Origin: Vicugna vicugna
Taxonomy: Eukaryota
Assembly: GCA_013265495.1 (NCBI GenBank)
Contig: MU058139.1
Span: 62,001 to 126,000, forward strand
Direction: 5' to 3'
Length of the DNA: 64,000 bases
Part shown: piece by piece, positions 1 through 11,677 of the stretch
Position numbering within the stretch: position 1 is the stretch's first letter
Layout of the letters: each line of letters begins with the position of its first letter
Notes under the pieces: generated by a model
Seen by the model: the letters and a program-made list of their open reading frames with translations, nothing else
Told to the model about the DNA's origin: nothing
Database searches by the model: none
Translations under genes and position numbers: made by a program

Positions 1-29
1 TGTGTTCAATCAATTATTAATCAGTTAAT

Positions 30-230
30 TAATTAATTGAAGTAAAGTGGATTTACAATGTTGTTAATTTCTGGTGTACAGCATAGTGATTCGTTTATGT
101 ATATAATATGTATTTCTTTTCATATTTTGTCATTTTAGGCCATTGCATAGTATTGAATATAGTTCCCTGTGCTATACAGTAGGACCTTGTTGTTTATCTA
201 TGTTATACATGATAGTTAGTATCTTCAAAT
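30..230 (-). mobile_element. L1 3' end fragment (cetartiodactyl/camelid type), antisense, in VIM intron
   Basis: Typical L1 3'UTR reverse-complement text (ttgaagtaaagtggatttacaatgttg...ccctgtgctatacagtaggaccttg); related copies at 5310-5475 and 24325-24605. Confidence 0.75.
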
Positions 231-233
231 CCA

Positions 234-299
234 GAGGTATAGCTCAGTGGTCGAGCATGAGGTCCTGGGTTCAATCCCCAGTCCTTCCATTTAAAAAAA
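234..299 (+). mobile_element. tRNA-derived SINE (camelid-type), internally deleted
   Basis: Pol III A box tagctcagtgg, B box ggttcaatccc, A-rich tail; same family as 16896-17068. Confidence 0.75.
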
Positions 300-2480
300 G
301 GTTAAGGTGGTTAATCTATGATTATGGAGTCCGCATTATACCCATGAAGTTTTTTTTTATTATTACTTTCTTTAATCTAGAAGATCAAAGCCACAGCATT
401 TTAAAGATTTGGGGGAGGGCGGTAACATCATGGAATAAGAAATTCATGCTTCAGAAATTTCACAGATAATACTTAAGCTCTTTTTTTCCGCCTCTACACA
501 GATCTCCTGATTTATTCTTAAAACTCCAAAGCAAATTATCTGGCATTCAGGATACAAGGCTAGATTTATACTGCAATCCAGGATGTGCAATGGCAAATAT
601 GCAGTTCAATGTGGTTCAGGCATGTAAGGAAAAGAAAAATGTAACTCTGAAGTGTATTTACTTCGATTTCTCTGGCAGATTTTTCTCTGGAAACTCCCCT
701 ATGTTACACCACAAGGGTGTGTCCATCCTCTGACACTTCCATGCAATTGACAGTTTGCACTGTGTCAATTCAGTTAGTTCGTTTCAGAATGAAGGGTAAA
801 AAGGCACAGAGGGTAATTTACCTGTAAAATTCTTGTTGCTTCCTTTTGTGTTTCCACCATTTGTAAACTGCTACATCCCAAATATTTTATTTTCCCTCAA
901 GGAAATGTCATGAGGACTTTTATACCTCATATTTTGTAAGCAAATATATTTGTTGTACTGTTTCTAGTCTTACAGTCTTAAAATGTTGACAAACTTCCAT
1001 CACCTTCATGGAAACGTGAATGAGGTACGGGTAATAATTAAAAGATCAAGCATAGGAAAAAATTACTTTTTGCTTGTCCTTAAGCCCTAAAAAAGATACA
1101 CAAGATTTACTAATCTCTATGAAAAAAAGTTCAATGTGTCATTCTCTTTGAATAGGAGAGGTTTTATCTAATCCCTAAATAGGAGGGACAATTTATACTA
1201 AAATTATTTTATATTAACTTACTGCTCAGTAGAACACATTACAGATATGATGTTCATAAATGCTCCACGACAAAAAGAAAGCACACATTGCTGTTTTTAA
1301 GTTAATTTGATCAATGTATTTCTGCTTCAAAAATGTTATTGTAGAAATTGATACATTGTAGCTGACTATACTTTAATAAAAATTGTTTTAAAATGTTATT
1401 CTAGGTTATTAATCTGGGAGAGTTTTTAAAGCCAATGCCGGTAAGTGTTCAGGGAAAAAAAAAAAAACTATGCTGGGAACTCTTCCTGAAAATAGGCATT
1501 GCAACTTTAAGTTAAAAATCCTATGGAAAAAAAAAAAACAAAAAAAAACCCCTTTTACTTAAAATGCCATTCTTTGGTTTCAGATTTATTCTTTCTTTCT
1601 GGAGAGAATGCTAAAGAATCCAAGGATGCAGTAAAGAAAGGCATTTCCAAATGTGAGGTATGACTATAGCTTTAAGAACTTTTCATATCACATACTTCAC
1701 GAGTCTGGGCCAGATAATAGATAACGGATGTTAGCAAATACTTGTGTCCAATTAGAAGTGTGCTTGCATCATTACATATGCAATAAGAATGTAGCCTGTT
1801 GCGAAGCTTCTCTGGGAGCACAAAGACTCCTATTATTTCTGTCCGGAGCCATCACACTTGCCAGAATGTCTGTATCTACATTCCGTCGTGAAGCCCGTAG
1901 AAACCATTAATACCTTTCAGCCAAGGGGACAGATGGCTCCTATCCACCCTTATTAGGTCACAAAGTAGTTGTGCATAGACATACTTCCATCTAATCTTAA
2001 GGCCACAATAGAACTTGGCGAAGAAAAGAAACTCGCTGGCTTAAGTCCAATTAAACTGAGTTTCTTATCCTCCAATACATTTTACATTTTCAACTATAGG
2101 GCAGAATTGCGCTTTTTGTGGCCTTGTAAAAGTTAGCCAACTTGACTTTAGCAAAACCGCAAACTAAACCAAACTAATAGTTCGAAGTCGGAGTATCGAC
2201 GTGTTGGCAAAAACGAAACGAAAAAAAAAAAGATTTCTCGGGGAAAAAAAATCTTGAAATAAAGGACAAAGTTTAAGACTTTGTATCCTAAGGAACGCTT
2301 TAATTATTCAAGGGTTTTATGCGGAGAAGCTCCAAACTGTGGACTTTCTGCCACTAGGGGGCTTGGCGCGCAGACGTGAAGTTTTGCACTGTTCAGACTT
2401 GGATTAAGTAACTTTTAGAATTGCCTGTGGGTTGGGTGGGTGGGGTCCGGTGGCTTCGAGTGGGACCAGAATCTACATAC

Positions 2481-2541
2481 CTGTCTGAAAGACTGCAAGG
2501 TGCTCTCGGCCTCCTCCCTCTGGACCATCTCCTCCTGCAAT
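2481..2541 (-). CDS. VIM: Vimentin, second coding exon (61 nt; gene continues beyond window start)
   Basis: ctttctag|ATTGCAGGAG...AGACAG|gtatgt; encodes (K)LQEEMVQREEAESTLQSFRQ, in phase with the preceding exon. Confidence 0.97.
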
Positions 2542-3154
2542 CTAGAAAGTCAGATATTAACTAAGTGAGAATCGCTAAACCGCCAGGGGCGGGGCGACCA
2601 CACCCAACCACCACGTCCTCGCCGCTAGACAAGAGTTGCTGCGCCACCTCCCCGGGCGGCCAACGACCGCGGCTTTTAGAAGCGCTGCTTTCGGCTAGTT
2701 TTAGCGGGACCTTGGCAGCAGCGGGGAAAAGCAATCACGGTCGCCACAAAGACCAGCGAGGGGATCGCCACCCCGCCCCTCCCGGGGGAGACTCCGCAAT
2801 CCCTTTGTCTGGCTCCCTCCACGGCCTTGGGGCTGGCAGCCCGCTAGAGGGAGGTCAAGAAACTTTGCAGAAGTTTGGGGAAACCGCATTCGTCGTTTGC
2901 AAGGGCTTTCGAGTACAGTGGTTGTTTTTAAAAATGTGCAACTTGAAACGGGGAGTTCTTGGGTGATGAGTGGGGGTGAAGGTGAAATGCTAACTTGCAA
3001 GGTCTGGGCTCAGGGCGAGGCTGCGCCGCTGCAGCCACAGCCTTGTCTCCCCGCAGTCCCCCAGGCAGCGGCTGCCGCGGCTACCTCCCCAAGGGCGTGG
3101 CAGCTCCCCGTTCCCCTCTTTCCCTCCCAGAGCCGCGCGTGGGCGCCGCCTTAC

Positions 3155-3717
3155 TTCTCCCGGAGCCGCATGATGTCCTCGGCCAGGTTGTCGCGCTCCA
3201 CCTCGACGCGGGCCTTGTCGTTGGTGAGCTGATCCACCTGCCGGCGCAGCTCGCGCATCTCCTCTTCGTAGAGGTCCCCCAGGCGCGACTTGCCCTGGCC
3301 CTTGAGCTGCTCGAGCTCGGCCAGCAGGATCTTGTTCTGCTGCTCCAGGAAGCGCACCTTATCGATGTAGTTGGCAAAGCGGTCATTCAACTCTTGCAGC
3401 TCCACCTTCTCGTTGGTGCGGGTGTTCTTGAACTCGGTGTTGATGGCGTCGGCCAGCGAGAAGTCCACCGAGTCCTGCAGCAGCCGCACCCCGGGCACAC
3501 TGCTCCGCAGGCGCACGGCCGAGGAGCGCGTGGCATACACGCTTCCCGGGGACGAGGTGTAGAGGGTGCGGCTGGTGCTGGGGCGCAGCGCGCTGCCCAG
3601 GCTATAGGTGCGGGTGGACGTGGTCACGTAGCTCCGGCTGGAGCTCGGCCGGCTCGCTGTGCCCGGGCCGCCGAACATCCTGCGGTAAGAAGACGAGGAC
3701 ACGGACCTGGTGGACAT
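3155..3717 (-). CDS. VIM: Vimentin, first coding exon (563 nt: head, coil 1A, start of coil 1B)
   Basis: [17 protein letters not shown]...[20 protein letters not shown]...DIMRLRE; ATG at 3717, donor GAGAA|gtaagg. Confidence 0.99.
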
Positions 3718-3886
3718 AGCTGCAGAGGGTGGCGGTGGTCTGGGCGGCTGCGTTGGCGCGGACCGGCTCCGGGAGGAGAGGCGAGCAAGGGTGCGGTGGG
3801 TATGGGCGAAGGGAGTGCTGCTGCGTGTCTGGCGCGGGGACCCCGGAGCGAGAGTGGCAGAGGACCGGACCCCGCCGAGGGCGCAG

Positions 3887-3894
3887 TTTTTATA
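3887..3894 (-). promoter_or_regulatory. VIM TATA box (TATAAAAA)
   Basis: tttttata on +, about 170 nt upstream of the ATG; context matches the known vimentin promoter. Confidence 0.9.
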
Positions 3895-3950
3895 CCCTCC
3901 TTGGAAAGCAGGTTTCCTCCCACTGCCATCCCGGCGGCGGAGTGCGCCAG

Positions 3951-4005
3951 CCAATGGGGACCCGGCGAGGTGCAGGAAGGCTGAGCCGGGGGTTTGGGGC
4001 GGGGG
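3951..4005 (-). promoter_or_regulatory. VIM proximal CCAAT box (3951-3955) and GC box (3996-4005)
   Basis: ccaat and ggggcggggg at promoter-proximal spacing. Confidence 0.7.
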
Positions 4006-4090
4006 AGCCCTGGGGCCTTCCGCCTCCCCCATCTTCAGCAACCCAGACTGGGCACCGTCCCGTTACTTCTTTGCTGGATTGGGGTTTTCA

Positions 4091-4100
4091 GGGGCTTTCC
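4091..4100. promoter_or_regulatory. NF-kB site of VIM promoter
   Basis: GGGGCTTTCC; an NF-kB element is established at this position in the vimentin promoter. Confidence 0.8.
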
Positions 4101-4601
4101 TGATGATGGCCGGAGCTCTGCTCACCCCTGGCTGCTGAAAAAGGCGGGGTCACTAGGTGGTGGGAGAGCCAGCCCCAGACCAGACAAGAGGGGTCCCGGG
4201 CACCGCGCCAAAGAGGCGTGGGGGAAGGCGAGCGGGTGGGAGGGGCGCGCGGCAACTTGGCTACAGGCGGCTGGGAGTGGGGTGGGTAGACCCCCGGGCA
4301 AAGAGGCAGGAAGAGGGGGAGTGCGGGATCCAGCAGATCGGAAGGCGTGGAGAAAGAAACAAAGAGGGCCTGAGATTGGAGCGTGGGGTGGGGGCGCGCA
4401 CAGTCCAGGACAAAGGGCTCGGGCCCCGCGCAGCCTTGTGCATCTCCCATTTCGAAAGGGAGACCGATAGGTCTGCAGCTCTCTTCGTCCTCTGGTCTTT
4501 GGGATCCCTGTTCAGGGACCTAACGGGCTGGGTCCGGCTTTGGACGGCGCGAGCTGCGAGACGGCGGCCGAGGAAAGCCCGGGGGAGAGGGGTGGGGTCG
4601 C

Positions 4602-4694
4602 TGAGTCACTGGCAGTGAGTCAGTGAGTCCTGCTGTCCCACCGGGCTTGAGGGCTCCTAGCGGTTCAGGGAAACCGTTAGACGAGATTGACTCA
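4602..4694. promoter_or_regulatory. VIM distal enhancer: tandem AP-1 sites plus STAT (GAS) element
   Basis: TGAGTCA at 4602-4608 and 4616-4622, TTCAGGGAA at 4664-4672, TGACTCA at 4688-4694. Confidence 0.8.
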
Positions 4695-4769
4695 AGTCTC
4701 CCCGGCTCCGCGCGCGCTGTTCTAAGTTTCCCCCAACTTCGAACTGGGCCTCCTCTTTCCTGTGTGCAG

Positions 4770-4942
4770 TTCGCCTGCGTGGAGACTTAGAGCGCCCCTA
4801 AGTTCTTAAGAACTCGCCAAAGCCTGGTTTTGCTCCAACGTGCGGACTTCTCCTTAAGCGAGAAACTTCTGCAGAGGTTTCTTGCTAACCGCGAAACATC
4901 TCGCGCACCAGGAACCTACTCTGGGGAGGTTTTTCTTGCAAA
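4770..4942 (+). pseudogene. Fossil exon a (phase 0-0, one stop, one -1 frameshift)
   Basis: ctttcctgtgtgcag|...AAA|gttagg; FACVET*SAPKFLRTRQSLVLLQRADFSLSEKLLQRFLANRE/NISRTRNLLWGGFSCK. Confidence 0.55.
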
Positions 4943-5056
4943 GTTAGGTCCCACCCTTCCCTCCGGTCTCTTCTTGGTTTCCCCCTCCCCCTGTAAAACC
5001 ACACCCGACTTTTTTTTTTCCTTACGAACTGTCTTTACTAGTATTTTTTTTTGTAG

Positions 5057-5262
5057 TTACAGAGATTAAACTGTAGAAAGAAATTGTTATGCAGTATAAA
5101 CGATCTCTCAGAAGATTTTCTTTTTGTAAAAGATTTTTGGAATGACCACAAAAGGTTCTTCATTTTGCTTCTGGTTTCACTACCTATGAATGTCCCAAAA
5201 CGCTCTAGTGACTTTGATGATCTCAATCTGTCAACACTAGATAAATATTTTATAAAATATAT
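5057..5262 (+). pseudogene. Fossil exon b (phase 0-2, fully open)
   Basis: ttttttgtag|TTA...AT|gtgggt; LQRLNCRKKLLCSINDLSEDFLFVKDFWNDHKRFFILLLVSLPMNVPKRSSDFDDLNLSTLDKYFIKY. Confidence 0.65.
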
Positions 5263-5309
5263 GTGGGTATTAGTCAGCGGGTGTGATACCATTCCATTTA
5301 ATTTTGATT

Positions 5310-6515
5310 TTTTTAACTGAAATATACTGATTTACAATGTTGTGGTAGTTTCTGTTGTATAGCACAGTGATTCAATTGTACATATATATTCCTTTTCATA
5401 TCCTTTTTCATTATAGGCTGTACTTGCCTGTGCTATACAGTAGGACCTTGCTGTTTATTTTATATATGTAGTAGATTTAATGCCATCCCTATCAAATTAC
5501 CCAGGACATTTTTCACAGAACAGGAACAAATAATTCTAAAATTTGTGGAATAGCAAAAGACCCAGAATTGACAAAGCAATACTGAAGGAAAAGAGCAAAG
5601 CTGGAGGCATAACCTTCTCAGCCTTCAGACAATACTACAGAGCTACAGGAATCAAAACAGCATGGTATTGGCATAAAAACAGACATATGGATCAAGGGAA
5701 CAGACTAGAGAGCCCAGAAATAAACTCACACATCCACGGTCAATTAATCTTTGACAAAGGAGGCAAGGACATACAATGAAGAAAAGACAGTCTCTTGGGT
5801 AAGTCTGTTGGGAAAACTGGACAGCCACATGTCAATCAATGAAATTAGAACACTCCCTGACACCAAACACAGAAATAAACTCAAAATGGCTTAAAGACTT
5901 AAACATAAGACAAGAAACCAGAAATCTCCTAGAAGGGAACATAGGCAAAACATTCTCGGATGTAAATCATAGCAGTGTTCTCCTAGGGCAGTCTACCCAG
6001 GCAATAGAAATAAAAGTGAATTAAACAAATGGGACCTAATTAAACTTACAGGCTTTTACACAGCACAGGAAACTATAAACAAAACAAAAAGACAACCTAC
6101 AGAATGGAAGAAAATGTTTGCAAATGATGCAACTGATAAGGGCTTAATTTCCAGACAGAATATACAAACAGCTCATACAACTGAATAACAACAACAACAA
6201 AAAACCAATCCAAAAATGGGCAGAAGACCTAAACAAACATATCTCCTTTGAAGACATACAAATAGACAATAAGCACATGAAAAAAATGCTCAATATTGAT
6301 AATCATCAGAGAAATGCAAATCAAAACCACAATCAGGTATCACCTCACCCTGGTCAGAATGGCCAGCATTAAAAGTCCACAAATGTTGTAGAGGGTGTGA
6401 AGAAAAGGAAACCCTCCTACACTGCTGGTGGGACTGCAGTTTGGTGCAGCCATTATGGAAAACAGTATGGAAATTCCTTTTAAAACTAAAAATAGATTTA
6501 CCATATGATCCACAC
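5310..6515. mobile_element. L1: antisense 3' tail (5310-5475) joined to sense ORF2 3' segment (5476-6515)
   Basis: ORFs 5543-5779 ([14 protein letters not shown]...[11 protein letters not shown]) and 5839-6024 (INSKWLKDLNIR) are L1 ORF2 C-terminal sequence with stops. Confidence 0.9.
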
Positions 6516-6782
6516 TCGACTTTTAACATGATCTGCAACTTCTGGGTGAAAGAGGAAACTCATTGCCCATAGTTACAAAATCAAATTGAGTGATCTCTGT
6601 TTCTTTCTTTTTTTTTTTTTGCTGTAGTAAGAGTCATTAAAGGTATAATTTGCACCAATTATAGTGTTGCTTTAAATGCCTGATTTGATTAATGAAAGGC
6701 AGTCACATAACTCAAATGATAGACTGTTTGAGGGAACTAGATTATGTGTTGATTTTAGTTCATTTGGTGCTGTACACTGTAG

Positions 6783-6950
6783 GATTCTGGTGACTTGTCT
6801 GGGAAATGTCACAGGTCCCTTGGCCTATTTTCCAGAAGAATTCCTGCAACTGGTCCTGGAAGGAGGGGGATAAAACTGTCTACAGAGCAAAAAACTTTTG
6901 GTCCAGGGCACCAAGGGAGTGTTCAGATTCAAATACTAAAATCTTTCTAG
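6783..6950 (+). pseudogene. Fossil exon c (phase 2-1, one +1 frameshift in a G run)
   Basis: ctgtag|G ATT...CTA G|gtaaat; ILVTCLGNVTGPLAYFPEEFLQLVLEGG/DKTVYRAKNFWSRAPRECSDSNTKIFL. Confidence 0.7.
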
Positions 6951-7349
6951 GTAAATCACTCAACTGAAGGGTTTCGGTTGCAATATTAGTAGCGTGCAGA
7001 AGAGTGGTTATCCCCAAAGGGAGCTGAAGAGAACAAATCCAAGTCAGTCTTTTAGTGACATCATAGCAATTTAAAAATCACAGTTAAAAAATATTTTGAA
7101 GACTTAAGGAGTATGGAAAGGGTTAACTCCAAAATCACTATAAAAATAGAAGCATCTTGGTTCTACAGTGGAAGAGGGGATGGAGGTAAAATTCTTCCCT
7201 CTGTTTTTGTTTCTTGTTTTGGAAGGGAGGGTAATGGAGGTTACCCGGCATTTAAGAAAAATACTTGAGAACCAAATGAAGGGTTTCTTCTACCTTCTTT
7301 GTGCAAGCCTCTTTTAGGTAGTGTATTTTGTTTACCTCATTTCAGTTAG

Positions 7350-7571
7350 TTCTGGCGAATGGGGCAGCCAAGTTCAAGCTGCAGGACCCCTTGCTGTACG
7401 GCTTTCCTGCTGTGGATTTCCTGAAGTCCCTGCTTCTCAGGGAGGCTGTGAGTCCCTACCCAGGAGCATTCCTGGGGCTTCGCGCCCTGGTGGACCAATT
7501 TATGCTCCACTGTTCCTTCTTGCTCTCTGAGAGCCCTTTATTCCAGCCACTACTCGGCAAATGTCACCATT
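7350..7571 (+). pseudogene. Fossil exon d (phase 1-1, fully open)
   Basis: atttcagttag|TT CTG...CAT T|gtgagt; VLANGAAKFKLQDPLLYGFPAVDFLKSLLLREAVSPYPGAFLGLRALVDQFMLHCSFLLSESPLFQPLLGKCHH; GC3-rich coding-like codon usage. Confidence 0.75.
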
Positions 7572-7901
7572 GTGAGTTTGCCTGGAACCCTGAGGATGAG
7601 AAAAAGCCATCTCCCCCCGGGGGGAAGGGAGTGTAGCCCTTACTCCCACCTAAAATGCTGATCCCAGGGCAACGCTCTGGTGCTGTCAGGGGACGCCTGC
7701 TGACTGACTCACCATGGACATGAGGGCAAGGCTCTAGTGCGGTGTGGCAGAGTGCCCTGTTGGTGACCACAGCAAATTCCTCGGGCCTGTGGTGACTTCC
7801 TCTGGGCTGGACTCTGGCCCTCCTCCTCATCTCGGGGGATCCCTCCTCCTGTCTAACCTGTCCCCAGTCTGTCTTCTCAGGACTGTGATAAGGTCACCTG
7901 C

Positions 7902-8281
7902 TGTCTTAGTCGGCCTAGGCTGCTCTAACAAGATACCATAGACTAGGTGATGTGAGCAAGAGACATTTTATTTCTCCCAGGTTTGGAATCAGGAAGTCCA
8001 AGATCAGAGTGTCAGCTGACTTGGTGTCTGATGACAGCCTGCTCGCTGGTCTGGAGATGGCCACCTCCTTGCTGGGTCCTCACATGGTGGAAAGATGGCA
8101 AGCTCTGGTCTCCTCCTTTTCTTATAAGGACACGAATCCCAGTTTGGGGGCCCCACCCTCATGACCTCATCTAAACCTAATTACCTTCCAAGGGCCCCAC
8201 CTCCATATATCAGCACATTGGAGATGAGGGCTCCAACACATACAAGGGAGGGGGGAGGACACAAACATTTAATCCATATGA
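7902..8281 (-). mobile_element. MaLR solo LTR (MLT1A-like)
   Basis: tgtcttagtc...gctgctctaacaagataccatagact...aagtccaagatca...ggacacaaacatttaatccata. Confidence 0.85.
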
Positions 8282-8679
8282 CTTGCCACCCAGCATGCAC
8301 ACGTGCGTGTGCACACACACAGACACACACACACAGATATACAGTATCCAGTGTTTTATTCCTATTAGAACTCGCTGTAGCTTGGGGTGATTTGTAAAGT
8401 GTAGAAAAGTGAAAGTTACAAATACGCTTTTACTCATTCATGTAGAACGCATGAGACTTTGAAAAGAATTCATTTTATTCTGAGATGAATTCTACACTGC
8501 CCAGCACGGTGCCTCAACCAAGGTGGGGAATAGTCATCAGCAGGGGCAATCAGTGTCTGAACGCACATCCCTGGGTGTGGTACCTACGATTGGTGCCCCG
8601 TGTTCTTAGGAATCTTTCAGAAATAAACAGTCCGTAGACCTAGCTTTCTCGGTTTTCATATTTGTTTTTTGATTTTTAA

Positions 8680-8859
8680 ACACTGGCCTGTGAAGCCGCT
8701 TTAAACACCACGTGCAGCAAGTTGTGTTATAAATAAGGACACCAGGCCAGGCATAAACATGACCAAACCTAAAGTCCTAACAGTGATTTTGGAATTTGCA
8801 AGCTGTGGTGATGTCAGTCGAATCGGGCAATTTGAACTGACGGACCAGCCAGCCATGCG
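8680..8859 (+). pseudogene. Fossil exon e (phase 1-2; dead acceptor taa, two stops, one frameshift)
   Basis: Polypyrimidine tract, then ...NKDTRPGINMTKPKVLTVILEFASCGDVSRIGQFELTDQPAM CG|gtgggg. Confidence 0.5.
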
Positions 8860-9028
8860 GTGGGGAGCTTAGTGGCCTGTGAAGGCTTTAGGGGAGCTGG
8901 CCAGCTGGAGGCCGTGCCAAGAGGACAACTTCTAGCTGGGTCGCCTGGCTGGAATGTTTGCGGTGAGAAGATGGATCAAAGGAGAGGCTGAATATCACAG
9001 CAAAATCTAAAAGGCATGGCATGAAAGT

Positions 9029-9076
9029 ATAATAATAATAATAGTAGTAATAATAGTAATAATAATAATAATAATA
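9029..9076 (+). repeat. (TAA/TAG)n microsatellite followed by a MIR fragment
   Basis: ataataataataatagtagtaataat...; source of the spurious poly-Tyr ORF 8888-9091. Confidence 0.9.
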
Positions 9077-9559
9077 GAATAAGTGCTTCAATTTTCATGC
9101 CTACTGGGTGACAGCAACTTTAGATGCATTTAATTTAGCTTAACTCTCTTCCAGCATCTGCGGGCTAAATTAGATCATCCATTTTAAAGACTAGGCAACC
9201 AAGAAGACATGGGCCAAAAATCTGCTCGTGGTCATATCACTGGCTATGGAGGGAGGAAGTGGGCTTCATTTGAACTGAGCCCTTTCTGACTCCAAATGCA
9301 CTTTACTTTCCTCTTTGCCTTGATGATGGAGTTCTGCTTGCTATTAACCAATTCAGTTCCCAAATATTATTTAGGGGCATACCCGTGTTTCTGAAGCTGA
9401 ACAGGCAGGGTAACTACCAGATTATGTTGTGAAGGAGCAGATTGCTAAAGGAATTTGGCAGACACTGAGAATGTCATATTAGAAGTTATTCAAATGACAG
9501 TGACAGTAATTCAGAATAGATAAAATGGGAGTTTGGTTTTTCACCTGGCTCTAAATCCT

Positions 9560-11450
9560 TACTTTGAGAGTTAAATATTTTCACCCATATTCTTTTCTGT
9601 CTGTCTCTTCAAAGGCATCATATCCAAAGCCAGACTTAGCTCATCTCACACCCTAAAACCCACCAATCACAGCAGCTTCCCCTCCAAACTTCCCTGCTTA
9701 TTTAAGGCAACACAGCAAACTAACGAGATTGGAAACTTTCATCACCCCTGCCACTTCCTTCTCCTTGGATTGCTCAGATCCCATGGGTGTCCTGTCCATT
9801 GCTTCCTGCACCCTTTCCTCTTGTTTTGTTGCTGTGACTCACATCCAAGCCTTTTTATACCTCATCCCTCCAATACTGTGGTTGGCTTCCCTTCCTCCAG
9901 GCTCTGCTTCCCCCAAAAGCACTTAATAACTGCATCCTTAAGGCTCCCTAAAGATCCAGAGTGAATCACTCATTCCCTTGTTAGAAGGTAAGCTCCATGA
10001 GGACAGGGACTTTTCTCCCTTTTATTCACTATGCTAGCTCCAGTGCCTACAGAGGAGCCTGACATACTTGTTGAATGTATGAATTAATGCATAAGTGGTT
10101 CATAGAGGAAGGAAGGGAAGAGGGGAGGGAAGGACGGTGGGAGGGAGTGAGGAGAGAAAGAGGAGGTTAGCATTTACTAGTGTTTACTATGTTCAAGCAG
10201 TGTGCTAGACATTTTGCACATGGCTGCCCCTAATCTTTACTGAGTATCATGATCCACAGCTTTTATTAACTCACTCAAAACCCATCTATTGAATGTTTGC
10301 CATGTTCCAGGCCCCCTGACAGACAGCGGGGAAAGTGAACAAGGCAGATGTAATCCATGTGCTCTTGGGTTGTAGAGCTGAGTCTGTATATGGGTGTGTG
10401 TGGTACAGAGAGACAATGCTTAAAGAGCAAACCAAATAACTACAGTTTGCAAAAAAAAGATGATGAGAGCAACAGAAACTTGGCTTTGGAAGAAGTTGAG
10501 GCTCATAGTTTGACTGTGAGGCTCAACTCATAGGCTCATAGTTTGAAAGTCAGGTTAAGTATGTCAACCACCCTCAGTTCCCACTGCTCCCCACCAGACA
10601 GCAATTTCAGTGGGGCTCTAAGCTTCTCTCTGTTCCATGAATACACCACATTCCCCCACCATCACATCTTTCCTCCCATGCTCCTGTTCTGCAGTGTCCG
10701 CAATGCTGCTTAGTATATTCAGGTGAGTTAAGAAAGTTTTCACACCTCTAGGGAGCTCATAGCCTTGAAAAGGGATTAGGAACTACACAGAAGCGATGAC
10801 TACAGCTCTTTTATGAGTGAATGCTCTGGTAGAGGGATGAATGAAATGTCGAAGAGTTTAGACAGAGAAGTGATCATGTCCATTTGGGGAAGATCAGAAA
10901 ATGTTTTCAGAAAAGGTGGTGTTTGAGGATTGGGTATGATCTCGATAGCTTATCATGGTAGAGAGAGGATGCTCAAAGCTTATGAAACAGGATAAGCAAA
11001 AATTGGATAGGTGGCGGAGTTCTGGGGACCTTTAGATAGCAGCAAGAATCCTGGGGTAGCTGGATTATGAAGCAATTGTAGGAGAAAGGTCACTGAAAGC
11101 TAATATGGGACAATGCATTGGAGAACTAAATGCCAGGGAGAGGAGTTTATAATTAACGTGGTGGGCAGTGGGAATTCACTGCAATTTTTGACTAGGAGAA
11201 AGACGTGCTTGTAGCTGTGTTTTAGGGAGATTGTTCTGGTATGTGGTGGAGGAAGAACTGGAGAGACTGATCTGAAAGCTGTTTGCAGTAGATCCTGGGA
11301 ATGGTAAAAGTTTGATCTTGGGGGACACAGTGAAGAAGAAGGGATTGCTGGAGACTGAGTTAGAGAGAGGATGATCAAGTCAAGGGCTCTGAGCTTTCTG
11401 GACAGACTAACTAAAAGAATGGATGTGTTATAGATGGAAGAAAAAATTTA
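9560..11450. mobile_element. Cluster of L2 and MIR fragments in both orientations
   Basis: L2 3' end (agaaggtaagctccatgaggacaggg...cttgttgaatgtatgaat) and antisense L2 body around 10730-11450. Confidence 0.65.
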
Positions 11451-11677
11451 GTGGAAAATTGATCTGAGATGAATGATAATTCATTCAAATCCATTTACCT
11501 GGAAGTATCTTCCTGTTCCTAGTCTGTATAAAGTAAAACCTCATGAAGAAGGTGGGGTATAAACTGGGTCATGCTGTTTTACCTCTTACAACACTTCTAG
11601 ACTATTCACATAAATTCATATCAATTGCTTTATATTGTTCCGTATGTGATTTAAGCGTGTTGGTATGGTTTTCACAG

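Larger units (their letters stand above)
2560..4930. promoter_or_regulatory. VIM CpG island / bidirectional promoter region
   Basis: Dense CpG and high GC against AT-rich flanks. Confidence 0.9.

Noticed and set aside
234..299. tRNA-like sequence
   Set aside because: SINE head with an internal deletion and A tail; no complete cloverleaf
2995..3984. 329-aa plus-strand ORF and other ORFs in the VIM island
   Set aside because: Antisense shadow of a GC-rich coding exon; no independent support
3718..4041. 108-aa N-terminal extension of the vimentin ORF (3151..4041)
   Set aside because: It runs through the TATA box and promoter; the canonical MSTRS start is at 3717
7336..7589. Minus-strand exon-like segment (ctcag|...gag|gtaaac)
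   Set aside because: Stops in all three frames; the plus-strand reading is open and phase-linked to its neighbours
8888..9091. Poly-Tyr ORF
   Set aside because: Translation of a (TAA)n microsatellite
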